Positions 1-9,215 of a stretch of 64,000 nucleotides of DNA are shown here, in pieces; positions within the stretch are counted from its first letter, which is position 1; the number at the start of each line of letters is the position of its first letter. The DNA is taken from NCBI GenBank assembly GCA_965237805.1, contig OZ250153.1:1440001-1504000 (forward strand), read 5' to 3'. The notes under the pieces are model-generated. The model saw only the letters and a program-made list of their open reading frames with translations, was not told the DNA's origin and searched no databases. The position numbers and the translations under genes are program-made. Source of the DNA: Gammaproteobacteria bacterium (GTDB lineage Bacteria > Pseudomonadota > Gammaproteobacteria > JABABF01).

Positions 1-939
1 GCCCCCTATTTGGAGCGCCCAGCTGTGCAAATCTTTATCGCCCGCATGGTGGTGGAGCATGACTTTGAGCGGGAGGCGCTGAGCGAGTTGTTGGGGGGGG
101 TGACAACACAGCACAAGGTACTGGCTTCGCTGATGCGGCCAGTAGAGAAAACTTGGGAGTGGCACGAGTACCGCCGCCTATTCGTCAAGCCAGAGCGCAT
201 TGCCGCCAGTCTCGAGTTTTGGCGACAGCACTATGTGCCCTTAGAACTCGCCCGGTGTCGTTTTGGCGTGTCGCCCGAGGTGGTGCTGTCGATCCTGGGG
301 ATCGAGAGCCGTTACGGCAAGTACAAGGGCCGCTACTCGGTCTTGGATTCCTTGGTCACCTTGGCCTTTGATGCCCCGCGGCGCTCGCGCTTTTTCCGCC
401 GCGAGCTGGAGCAATACCTGTTGTTGGTGCGCGAGCAGGGTTTCGATGCGACCGCTGTACTCGGTTCCTATGCTGGTGCTATGGGTTATGGTCAGTTCAT
501 CCCCAGCAGCTATCGCCACTACGCCATCGATTTCGATGGCGACAATGTCGTCGATCTGCTCGACAATCCCATCGATGCCATCGGCAGCATCGCCAACTAT
601 TTGTCGAAGAATGGTTGGCGACGCGACGACAAGTTGGTGGCGGTGCCCGCCACGGTGAGCGAGGGGGCGGAGCTGTCGCTGGCCAATCGTTCGCTGCGTC
701 CTCAGCAGACGGTGGCCGCTTTGGCGCAGGCGGGTTTCAAGCCGAGCCAGCCCTTGGATGCGGAGCGCAAGGCGACCCCGCTGCGCTACCAGTTAGAGGA
801 TGGCGAGGAATACTGGCTCGGCCTACACAATTTCCACGCGATCAGTACCTATAACCCCAGTCGTCTCTACACCATGGCTGTCTTTCAGTTGGCGCGTGAG
901 ATCGCTGCGGCGCGCCGTGTCGAGGAAGCGGCGCACTGA
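1..939 (+). CDS. mltB: Lytic murein transglycosylase B (5' end runs off the window)
   Basis: Motifs IGIESRYG, GSYAGAMGYGQFIPSSY, DFDGD and YN.S.LY of the SLT_2/MltB family. The frame is open from base 1 and the gene lies upstream of dacA-lipB-lipA. Confidence 0.93.
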   Translation, partial: APYLERPAVQIFIARMVVEHDFEREALSELLGGVTTQHKVLASLMRPVEKTWEWHEYRRLFVKPERIAASLEFWRQHYVPLELARCRFGVSPEVVLSILGIESRYGKYKGRYSVLDSLVTLAFDAPRRSRFFRRELEQYLLLVREQGFDATAVLGSYAGAMGYGQFIPSSYRHYAIDFDGDNVVDLLDNPIDAIGSIANYLSKNGWRRDDKLVAVPATVSEGAELSLANRSLRPQQTVAALAQAGFKPSQPLDAERKATPLRYQLEDGEEYWLGLHNFHAISTYNPSRLYTMAVFQLAREIAAARRVEEAAH

Positions 940-2144
940 TGATGTCCCGCCCCGCTATCTCGCTCCTGTGTGCGCTGAGTCTGCTGACTTGGGGGTCGCC
1001 CGCCCGCGCCCAAAGCGATGGCGAGTCTTTGTTGCCGGTGCCAGCACCACCGACACTCAGCGCCAAAGCCTATATCCTCATCGTCGCTGAGACTGGCCGC
1101 GTGCTGGTGGAGCATCAGGCCGACAAGCGCTTGCCTCCCGCCAGCTTGACCAAGATCATGACCAGTTATGTGTTGTCCAAATACTTGGTCGAGGACATCG
1201 TGTCGCCCGATGATATCGTGCAGGTCAGCTCCCGGGCTTGGGCGCAGAATCCGTTGTTCCGCGGCTCTTCGCGTATGTTCATTGAGCCATCCAAGCCGGT
1301 TAGCATCGCCGACCTGCATCGCGGTATTGTCATCAGCTCGGGTAACGATGCCAGTATGGCTGTTGCCGAGTACTTGGCAGATACCGAGGAGCAGTTTGCG
1401 GAATTGATGAATCAGTCAGCGCGTGCCTTGGGCATGTCCGACACCCGCTTCGCCAACAGCCACGGGCTGTCCGCTCCCCAGCACTACAGCTCGCCCCGGG
1501 ATCTGGCGACTCTGTCCTTGGCGATCATCAAGCAATATCCGGAGCAGTACCAACTATATAAAGAGCGCAGCTTCACCTACAACGGCATCAAACAGCGCAA
1601 CCGCAACCGCCTGCTGTGGGAGCGGCTCGGCGTCGACGGCTTGAAGACTGGCTACACCACCAGCGCTGGCTACTCGCTGGCCAGCTCGGCAAGCCGTCAC
1701 AATATGCGCTTGGTGGCGGTGGTGATGCAGGCGAAGAATGAGAACGCTCGTCTGCGCGACTCTCGCCGTCTGCTCAACTACGGTTTTCGCTACTACCAGA
1801 ACCGCTGGCTATTGCGCCGCGACCGGGATCAGATATTGCACCGGGTGCAGGTACTGGGAGGTGACCGCGGGCAGCTGCCGCTGGTGGCATCCTTGAATAT
1901 ATTGCGCACTTTGCCCAAGGAGAGTGCCGAGAATTTGCGGCGTGAAATCGAGGTGCCAGAGTACGTGCTGGCACCGTTGGCGCGCGGTGCGCAGGTCGGT
2001 CGTGTGGTGATCAAAGTCGGCGGACAACAATTGGCCGAGTCGCCGCTGTTGGCGGCGGTCGCGGTGCGTCCTTCGCCGATCTGGTGGCAGCGGATGTGGG
2101 CCCCGTTGCAGCTGCGTCTTTTGCGCTGGTGGCGGGATGGTTGA
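939..2144 (+). CDS. dacA: D-alanyl-D-alanine carboxypeptidase (PBP5/6, peptidase S11)
   Basis: Signal peptide; SxxK (ASLTK), SxN (SGN) and KTG (LKTGYT) motifs; PBP5 C-terminal domain. Confidence 0.93.
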   Translation: MMSRPAISLLCALSLLTWGSPARAQSDGESLLPVPAPPTLSAKAYILIVAETGRVLVEHQADKRLPPASLTKIMTSYVLSKYLVEDIVSPDDIVQVSSRAWAQNPLFRGSSRMFIEPSKPVSIADLHRGIVISSGNDASMAVAEYLADTEEQFAELMNQSARALGMSDTRFANSHGLSAPQHYSSPRDLATLSLAIIKQYPEQYQLYKERSFTYNGIKQRNRNRLLWERLGVDGLKTGYTTSAGYSLASSASRHNMRLVAVVMQAKNENARLRDSRRLLNYGFRYYQNRWLLRRDRDQILHRVQVLGGDRGQLPLVASLNILRTLPKESAENLRREIEVPEYVLAPLARGAQVGRVVIKVGGQQLAESPLLAAVAVRPSPIWWQRMWAPLQLRLLRWWRDG

Positions 2145-2820
2145 GTACCCCGTGCCACAGCCGGGCGAGGGGCGCTGTCTGCGCGGTATTTTTCTCGGTC
2201 GCGTGCCCTATGCTGGAGCTTGGCATGCGATGCGGCAGTTCACCGAGCGGCGCGACGACTCGACTCAAGATCAGCTGTGGTGCCTTGAGCATGAGCCGGT
2301 CTTCACGCGCGGGATATCGCACCGCGGTCGTGCGGATACGGCGCGCGATGCCGGTGCCATCCCGACGGTGCAGAGCGACCGCGGCGGGCGGCTGAGCTAT
2401 CACGGTCCCGGCCAGCTGCTCGGTTATCTGTTGCTTGATTTGCGGCGTTTGGGTCTGAGCATCAGGAGTTTGGTCACGGCGGTGGAAGGCAGCGTGATCG
2501 GTTTGTTGCAACGCGATTGGCGACTTTGTGCCCAAGGAGATCGCAGCCGTCCCGGGGTCTATGTGGCTGAGGCCAAGATCGCATCCTTGGGGCTCAGGGT
2601 GAAGCGTGGCTGTTGCTATCATGGGTGTAGCCTCAATGTGGATGTCGATCTTGATCCTTTCTCGCGCATCGACCCCTGTGGTGAGCCGGATCTGGCCGTG
2701 ACCTCGCTCCGCCGCCTGCTCGGTTCCCAAGCCGATTTGAGATTGCCACCTTTGGCGCATCGCTGGGGCGCGACCTTGGCCAAGCAGCTCGGCTACGAGG
2801 CATTGCGATGGACTCCGTAG
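2137..2820 (+). CDS. lipB: Lipoyl(octanoyl) transferase
   Basis: EHEPVFT, DRGG..SYHGPGQ, KIASLG, HG.SLN and I.PCG motifs; directly upstream of lipA. Confidence 0.96.
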   Translation: MVEYPVPQPGEGRCLRGIFLGRVPYAGAWHAMRQFTERRDDSTQDQLWCLEHEPVFTRGISHRGRADTARDAGAIPTVQSDRGGRLSYHGPGQLLGYLLLDLRRLGLSIRSLVTAVEGSVIGLLQRDWRLCAQGDRSRPGVYVAEAKIASLGLRVKRGCCYHGCSLNVDVDLDPFSRIDPCGEPDLAVTSLRRLLGSQADLRLPPLAHRWGATLAKQLGYEALRWTP

Positions 2821-3770
2821 CTGGCAGGCGCCGCCGGCTGGCGGTCGGCGAGAAGCAGCGTGGAGCCGACAAGGTGTGGCGCATCGCGGCCACCCAGCTG
2901 CCAGCTCCGCGCCGCAAGCCGGATTGGATACGGGTGCGGCTGACGGCTTCACCCAAGGTGGCCGCAGTGCGTGCCGTGTTGCGGCGCCACCATTTGGCCT
3001 CGGTCTGTGAGGAGGCTCAGTGTCCCAATCTGGGCGAGTGCTTCGGTGCTGGTACGGCGACCTTCATGGTGATGGGGGACATCTGCACCCGCCGTTGTGC
3101 TTTCTGCGATGTGGCGCATGGCAAGCCCTTGCCGCTGTCATCTGAGGAGCCGGACAAGCTGGCAGCAGCGGTCGCCGAGATGGGCTTGTCCTATGTGGTG
3201 ATCACCTCGGTGGATCGGGACGATTTGCCGGATGGTGGCGCGGCACATATCGCCGCCTGTGTGCGCGCTGTGCGTGCGCGCTGTCCGGGCATCCGCGTCG
3301 AGACCTTGGTGCCGGATTTCCGCAACTGCATGGAGCGGGCGCTACCGCTGTTGACGACCGCGCCGCCCGATGTCTTCAACCACAACTTAGAGACTGTCCC
3401 CTCACTCTATCGCAGTGTGCGACCCGGGGCGCGCTACTTGCATTCGCTATCCCTGTTGGCGGAGCATCGGCGGCGTTGTCCTGAGGTGCCGACCAAGTCC
3501 GGATTGATGTTGGGTTTGGGGGAGCGAGCTGAAGAAGTGCGAGAGGTGTTGGCCGAGCTGCGCCATCACGGTGTTGAGATGCTGACTTTGGGGCAGTACC
3601 TGCAGCCCAGCTGCCATCATTTGGCGGTGCAACGCTACCTGCCGCCCGAGGAGTTTGCCGACTTGGAGCACACGGCGCAGCAGCTGGGATTCAAACAGGT
3701 GGCCAGCGGCCCGTTGGTGCGTTCCTCATACCACGCCGATCGCCAAGCTGGCTTCGCTCAGGCGGGCTGA
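2808..3770 (+). CDS. lipA: Lipoyl synthase
   Basis: [12 protein letters not shown], radical-SAM CTRRCAFC and C-terminal VRSSYHA motifs. Confidence 0.98.
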   Translation: MDSVAGRRRRLAVGEKQRGADKVWRIAATQLPAPRRKPDWIRVRLTASPKVAAVRAVLRRHHLASVCEEAQCPNLGECFGAGTATFMVMGDICTRRCAFCDVAHGKPLPLSSEEPDKLAAAVAEMGLSYVVITSVDRDDLPDGGAAHIAACVRAVRARCPGIRVETLVPDFRNCMERALPLLTTAPPDVFNHNLETVPSLYRSVRPGARYLHSLSLLAEHRRRCPEVPTKSGLMLGLGERAEEVREVLAELRHHGVEMLTLGQYLQPSCHHLAVQRYLPPEEFADLEHTAQQLGFKQVASGPLVRSSYHADRQAGFAQAG

Positions 3771-3850
3771 GATAGCGCATGCCTTCGGTGCTGGTGCTCT
3801 AAGACCCTCGTCGGCTACAGTAGGGTCCGTTATCTGGGAGCCAGACGCAC

Positions 3851-3879
3851 TTGACAATGGTTCTCCTTTAGCATATATT
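3851..3879 (+). promoter_or_regulatory. Sigma70 promoter of feoAB with an overlapping Fur-box-like site
   Basis: TTGACA(3851-3856)-N17-TATATT(3874-3879). GACAATGGTTCTCCTTTAG (3853-3871) matches the Fur consensus at 11/19 positions, upstream of Fe2+ uptake genes. Confidence 0.7.
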
Positions 3880-3916
3880 CACTCCAGCACAGCTGTTGCA
3901 TCTGTTGAGAGATCCC

Positions 3917-4150
3917 ATGTCTGACCTTCAAAGCGTTGCCATTGGCCAAGAATTTTCCTTGCTCGGTTATCTGCCGGCTTTCGCCGAGGCGGGGCTATTG
4001 CGTGACATGGGCTTGATAGAGGGTGCGCACTTCACGGTGTGCCGTTGTGCGCCCGCTCACCACGGCGGTATGGTGGTGCGTGTCGGCCGCCGCATGATAG
4101 GCCTTGGTCGCCACGCGAAGAAGAGTCTATTAGTGGCCAGTGTGTCCTGA
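3917..4150 (+). CDS. feoA: Ferrous iron transport protein A
   Basis: 77-aa SH3-like protein with the L.DMGLIEG and AP..G.MVVRVG...IGLGR pattern; upstream of feoB. Confidence 0.85.
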   Translation: MSDLQSVAIGQEFSLLGYLPAFAEAGLLRDMGLIEGAHFTVCRCAPAHHGGMVVRVGRRMIGLGRHAKKSLLVASVS

Positions 4151-4375
4151 TGCCAATGGCGCTGGCGCGCCACATCGCCGTGCCCCATTCCCTGCACCTA
4201 GTTAGCAGCTTGGCACATCTTTTCTAGGCAGCTTTGGCTCCGCCTCTGAGCGCCGCGAGGCCCCTGTGTCCGACCTTTACAGACAAGTCCGTCGCCTTGA
4301 GACCCCGCGGTACTTCGATGCACCCGCACGCTCCCGCCGTTGGCAGTTGGCCTGTGGCGACGGCGAGCAACACTG

Positions 4376-6241
4376 ATGGCGGGCGCTCAGCTGCCGTTTC
4401 GCGTGGCGCTGGCCGGTTGCCCGAACAGCGGCAAAACTTCGATTTTCAACCTGCTCAGTGGCGGCCAGCAGCGCGTCGCCAACTACCCCGGGGTCACGGT
4501 GCAATGCCAGCGCGGTGCCATGCGTTTGACGGATGGCCACGAGCAGCTGGCGCTGGAGTTGTTGGATCTGCCCGGCTGCTACAGTCTGTCATCGACCACC
4601 GCCGAACAGCGCTTGGCCACCGAATTGCTGCGCGGCGAAGTGCTTGGAGAGGCACCGCTGGACTTGGTGCTATGTGTGGTCGACGCCTGCCAGTTCGAGC
4701 AGCAGTTGCCGCTGCTGCTGGATCTGAAACGACATGGCTTGCCCTTGCTGGTAGTCTTGAATCAGGCTGATGCCGCGCGCCGTCTCGGCGTGGATTTGGA
4801 TGCCGATCGTCTCGCCGAGATGCTCGGGGCACCAGTGGTGTTCAGTGTGGCGGTGCGGCGGGCCGGTGTCGCCGCGCTGCGTGCTGCACTGCGTCGGGCA
4901 GCGCGCCGCCAAGAGCCGATTGCCAGCGATCAGATCCCCGCATCCGGGGCTGTCGGAGCGCCTGCTGTCACGCCCTCGGCCGAGGAGGTGATCGCCGCAG
5001 TGCTGCGCGCCCGCGGTGCCGAGGAGGATGTTTGGACACGGCGTTTGGATCATTTTTTACTACACCCGCTACTGGGGCCAATCGCGCTGGTCGCGACGCT
5101 GTTCTTGGTTTTTCAGGCGGTTTTTTCTTGGTCTGGGCCACCGTCAGACTTCTTGGCCGGGGCGGTCGAGTCGCTGTCCGTAGCCGCCAGTGCTTGGCTG
5201 CCGCAGGGTCTTCCCGGCCGCGGGCTATTGCTGGAAGGCATCTTGCCAGGCTTGGGTGTGGTGCTGGAGTTCCTGCCACCGATCCTCATCTTAAACCTGA
5301 TGCTGCTATTGCTTGAGGGCTCGGGCTACATCTCCCGCATCGCTTTTTTTGTCGATGAAGTGATGGCATCAATGGGGCTCAGCGGTCATGCGGTGTTCCC
5401 CTTTCTGGCTGGTTTCGCCTGTGCCATTCCGGCGCTGATGTCGGTGCGCTCCATCCCCAGCGAGCGAGTGCGCCACGCCAGCATTTTGGCGCTACCCTTG
5501 GTCCCCTGCTCAGCACGCTTGCCGGTTTACACCTTGGTGATCGCGGCGGTGATCCCGGCGCGGGAGCTGGCTTGGGGCATTGAGTTGCAGGGTTTGGTGA
5601 TGTTCGTGCTGTACTTGGCTGGCTTCGGTGCCAGCTTGGCAGCGGCAGCGGTGATCGGCTATTTGGATCGTGGCCGCTCGGTGTTGCGCGCACCGATCGA
5701 GCTGCCAGCCTTTCGCTGGCCGGTGCCGCGCAATGTGCTGATCGGCTTGTGGGTGCGCACCGCGCACTTCCTCCGCCGCGCCGGTACGGTGATTATCGCC
5801 ACGGTGGCGGTGCTATGGTTCATGACCCAGCTGCCGGTGTCCGGGCCGGGCATCGAGGGCAGTCTGCTCGGGGTTATCGGCAGTTTGCTGCATCCACTCT
5901 TCGCCCCGCTGGGCTTCAACTGGGAGATGACCGTGGCGCTGTTACCGGGGATGGTCGCCCGCGAGGTGGCGGTGTCCTCGCTGGCGACGATCTATGCCGT
6001 GCAGGGGGGCGAGGAGGGTGTGCGCTTGGCTGTGTTGTTGGCGGAGCAGTGGTCCTTGGCCACCGGAGTGGCCTTCGCGGTCTGGTATATCTTCGCCCCG
6101 CAGTGCATGGCCACTTTGGGGACTATCCGCGCCGAGACCGGTGGCTGGACATACCCCGCCATCGCCTTTGTCTACCTGATCACGCTGGCTTGGCTGGCCA
6201 GTTTCATCGTCTACCGCACACTCAGCGCGTGGGGCTTGTAG
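4376..6241 (+). CDS. feoB: Ferrous iron transport protein B
   Basis: GTPase motifs GCPNSGKT, VANYPGVTV, DLPG.YSL and NQAD; membrane gate motifs GFACAIP, PCSARLPVY and PQC. Confidence 0.96.
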   Translation: MAGAQLPFRVALAGCPNSGKTSIFNLLSGGQQRVANYPGVTVQCQRGAMRLTDGHEQLALELLDLPGCYSLSSTTAEQRLATELLRGEVLGEAPLDLVLCVVDACQFEQQLPLLLDLKRHGLPLLVVLNQADAARRLGVDLDADRLAEMLGAPVVFSVAVRRAGVAALRAALRRAARRQEPIASDQIPASGAVGAPAVTPSAEEVIAAVLRARGAEEDVWTRRLDHFLLHPLLGPIALVATLFLVFQAVFSWSGPPSDFLAGAVESLSVAASAWLPQGLPGRGLLLEGILPGLGVVLEFLPPILILNLMLLLLEGSGYISRIAFFVDEVMASMGLSGHAVFPFLAGFACAIPALMSVRSIPSERVRHASILALPLVPCSARLPVYTLVIAAVIPARELAWGIELQGLVMFVLYLAGFGASLAAAAVIGYLDRGRSVLRAPIELPAFRWPVPRNVLIGLWVRTAHFLRRAGTVIIATVAVLWFMTQLPVSGPGIEGSLLGVIGSLLHPLFAPLGFNWEMTVALLPGMVAREVAVSSLATIYAVQGGEEGVRLAVLLAEQWSLATGVAFAVWYIFAPQCMATLGTIRAETGGWTYPAIAFVYLITLAWLASFIVYRTLSAWGL

Positions 6242-6271
6242 CAACGCTGCGTACGGCCGGGAGAGGGCGGG

Positions 6272-7254
6272 TTAGGCCCGCGCTGGGAGGCCGCAGAACT
6301 CGACGATCAGCCGCCCCAGCTCGTCCCAGGGCGAGATGCTGTGATCGCCTTGGATGGCGCGGTCGACTCGGTGAGCGCGTCGCAGCAGGCGGCTGAGGCG
6401 AGCGGGTGGCAGGCGTTTTAGGCAGCGCTGCACCAGCGGTTGACGGCGGTTCCAGACGCGCTCCAGCGCGGCGCTGTCATCTTGTACCGCACTCAGCGTC
6501 TCCAGCTCGCGGCTGAGCGCCCACAGCACCCGCTGCGGTTCGGTGCGGGTGGCGCGCAGCCGTGCCATCAGGGCGAGGCTACGCTTGGCATCGCCGGCCA
6601 GTGCCGCGTCGGCGAGTTCGAAGATATCGGTTTGGGCGTTGTCGGCGATGGCCAGCGCCACCGTCTCGGTTTCAATCTGTCCGCCGCTATCGATCAGGCG
6701 CAGCTGCTCCACCGCCTGTGCTGCCGCTGCCAGATTACCCTCGGTGCGGCTGAGCAGTAATTGCAACGCATCATCGCTGAGGCGCAGCTCGGTGGCCTGC
6801 AGCCGCTGCTGTAGCCAGCGCTCCATTTCCGCTGGCTTGAGCGACCACAGGCGCAGCACGGCACCGACGCGGTCCACCGCCTTGTACCAAGCGCTGCGGG
6901 TGGTGGCTTGCTCCAGTTTGGGGCACAGCACCAGCAGCACATCGCCCTCGGGTGGAGCTTGCAGCCAGCCTTGGATGCGGCTGACGGCAGTGATATCAGG
7001 TTTTTTCTCGAAGCGCAGCTCGATGAGGCGTCGCGATGCGAACAGGCCGAGGTTGCCAGCTGCGGTATCGAAGCTGCCCCATTCGAAGTGGCGGTCGATG
7101 TGGAACAGCTGGTGCTCGCAACCAGCGGCCTTGCAGTGCTCACGGATGGCATCGCCAGCTTCCTGCGCGAGCAGCGGCTCATCGCCGCTGATCAGGTAGC
7201 TTGGGAGCAGCTGTTTTTCAAGCTGGCGGGGGAGTCTTCGGGGCGCAGATTCAT
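6272..7254 (-). CDS. holA: DNA polymerase III subunit delta (apparent 1-nt frameshift near the start)
   Basis: MNLRPE at 7254 continues, after a frame change at about 7228-7243, as LPRQLEKQLLPSYLISGDEPLL...LGLFASRRLIEL...EGNL..A.Q. It occupies the usual position after leuS-lptE. Confidence 0.9.
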
Positions 7255-7287
7255 TAGGGATGGGGAGAGGATATAGTCGCTCCGCAC

Positions 7288-7728
7288 TTAATTACTTCCA
7301 ACTTTTCCTTCCTGTCTTCCCATGACCACTGCACCGTTTGGAGTCGCACAAAACCATCTGGTTTTTACCGCATCAGGGCGTGCAGCCCTCAATTTTTCTT
7401 TTATTCTTTCATCGCTCTCTTCCAATTGAGATTTCGCCTTGCTAATATCCCGGTCAGATTTTTTTAATTCCACCAGATCAATGTACCAGTTTCCTGTTCC
7501 TCGTCGTCTTTTGTGTACTACCACGCGATCACATTTTTTGCTTCTTTGAAATCCATGGTGGCCCTCTCCGTGTCTATAGTAGTTCTCATAATGGATAATG
7601 GCATGTTCAGATTCTGGCCCAGAAATCTTGAGTGAACATGGGCATCCGTCTGCTGCATCTGCAGTCAGTTCCTTCTTATGCCATTGCTGCCAGCTAGGCT
7701 CCACAACATCCCACCATGGTCTAGTCAT
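7288..7728 (-). CDS. Small PD-(D/E)xK-like putative nuclease, partner of the upstream ATPase
   Basis: KKCDRVVV...IDLVELKK...KAKSQL matches the D...ExK...A..Q pattern of the restriction-endonuclease-like fold. AT-rich, with a GAGG RBS upstream. Confidence 0.6.
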   Translation of the reverse strand: MTRPWWDVVEPSWQQWHKKELTADAADGCPCSLKISGPESEHAIIHYENYYRHGEGHHGFQRSKKCDRVVVHKRRRGTGNWYIDLVELKKSDRDISKAKSQLEESDERIKEKLRAARPDAVKTRWFCATPNGAVVMGRQEGKVGSN

Positions 7729-7740
7729 TGATGGCTTCCT

Positions 7741-9165
7741 CTAGTCGGCGTTTCTCTTGATACATATTGTGCCATTGCCGTTCGTGATCGGAATCAGAAT
7801 GCCATCTTTTCGGATTTCATCTGTTCCGATTTTACGGACAACAGAGCCTTTTCTAGATCCCCTTGTTTGCAAGTCAAAATGATATACTCCAATGTCTTCG
7901 GCGCGAAGCTTAATGTCCGTTGCAGGGTGATCTAGCGCCATAATATTTCTTTTCTTTCTCTTGCTCAAAGATGCAGCTCTAGCAAAGGTCGATAACTGAT
8001 CTAAAATAACAGGGCTATGCGTGGTGATAATGACAGGTATGCCTTCTGCCGCCATTCTGACCAGTAATTCTACAATGCGTCTTTGCGCCGTTGGGTGCAG
8101 ATGAGATTCTGGCTCTTCTAATATAAATATAGATTGCTTCCCAATTGATCCATCATCATTAACGAGTGCTATTGGGGCTAATTCAGTCACGGCCGATCCG
8201 GCCAACTTCAGCGGAAGCCTTAGGCCGAGGCTTGTTTGATATTCAATCTCCACTGGATTACTTTTATTTTTTACAAAGGATATTTTTCCGTCGGATATTC
8301 CCTGCAATGACGTCGATATCATGCCATGTAATTTTTTATAACCGCCCATCTCATTGGCCGTCAAGTCCTTTGAGAGCAAACGCATATTTATTTGATACGA
8401 TAAATCCACTTTTGGATTGATGATCCGCACCAGGAAATCTGCTATCGATCCTTTTGGGGACACTATTTCATTGGTCCCGAAAATAGCCCTTGGTGCATTT
8501 TTCACTATAGATGCTGCAATAGTTTCCCATGATTGCATCAGCCCGCCTCTTTCGGCTGGAAGATAAACCGGGTCGAACTGACATTCTCCTGCGTATGAAG
8601 AGACAAGTCCTTCTGATGCGAATATCATGTAGGTGCTCCTCTCGGACGATTTAATTTTCCATGCAACTTTTGCAATTTCTGATATGCCTGTCCTCCATTT
8701 TCCGTTGTCGGTTATTTTTGCGCTCGGATTTTCCACATTGGGTTCATTGATGGGGCGTAGCGCCCATTGGTCACACGAGACTTCTAGTAGTCTATCTCTT
8801 TTAGGTCGTCCCGTGGGGGTGTTGGTGATGATTTGATCGACAGGCACCCCAAAGCATCGTTGCAGCTCATCCGCCATTTCCGTGCTGAGCTCCGTGATCT
8901 CCCGTTCTATAAGATTATTTATTTTCTGCAGTATCCTTGACTTCTGGCTATTTAGGGGGGGGGTGTTTAGGCGCATTGATTCTACGAGGTAGTGCCGCAT
9001 CCACCGGGACTGTTCTGCTTTGTTGGATATGGCCTTGGCCGCAGCATATATAGCTGTTGCCATAAAGGTTTTCCCTGAATTACTTGGGCCAGCAAAAACT
9101 GTTAAGGGGTGTATTTTGACGTGACCTTCAGAAATCGGCCCGATATTTTTAACTGTAATTTCCAT
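7741..9165 (-). CDS. ABC-type/AAA_15-AAA_21 family ATPase (defence-associated type)
   Basis: N-terminal ITVKNIGPI, Walker A GPSNSGKT, YLPAER, degenerate signature LAGSAVTEL, Walker B/D-loop ILEEPESHLHP and H-loop ITTHS. Clearly AT-richer than the flanks. Confidence 0.88.
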   Translation of the reverse strand: MEITVKNIGPISEGHVKIHPLTVFAGPSNSGKTFMATAIYAAAKAISNKAEQSRWMRHYLVESMRLNTPPLNSQKSRILQKINNLIEREITELSTEMADELQRCFGVPVDQIITNTPTGRPKRDRLLEVSCDQWALRPINEPNVENPSAKITDNGKWRTGISEIAKVAWKIKSSERSTYMIFASEGLVSSYAGECQFDPVYLPAERGGLMQSWETIAASIVKNAPRAIFGTNEIVSPKGSIADFLVRIINPKVDLSYQINMRLLSKDLTANEMGGYKKLHGMISTSLQGISDGKISFVKNKSNPVEIEYQTSLGLRLPLKLAGSAVTELAPIALVNDDGSIGKQSIFILEEPESHLHPTAQRRIVELLVRMAAEGIPVIITTHSPVILDQLSTFARAASLSKRKKRNIMALDHPATDIKLRAEDIGVYHFDLQTRGSRKGSVVRKIGTDEIRKDGILIPITNGNGTICIKRNAD

Positions 9166-9215
9166 TTCTTGGCCTCATTTTGTCGTGATTTAATATCTGT
9201 CTGTATCCCCACGCA

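Larger units (their letters stand above)
7262..9215. mobile_element. Horizontally acquired AT-rich islet inside the leuS-lptE-holA operon
   Basis: Abrupt composition shift, and it splits the normally adjacent lptE and holA. It contains no integrase or transposase. Confidence 0.7.

Noticed and set aside
93-100. G8 run in mltB as a phase-variation site
   Set aside because: It is in frame in a housekeeping gene, and such runs are expected in GC-rich DNA.
2011-2952. 313-aa antisense ORF over lipB
   Set aside because: Shadow ORF of GC-rich coding DNA with no recognisable motifs.
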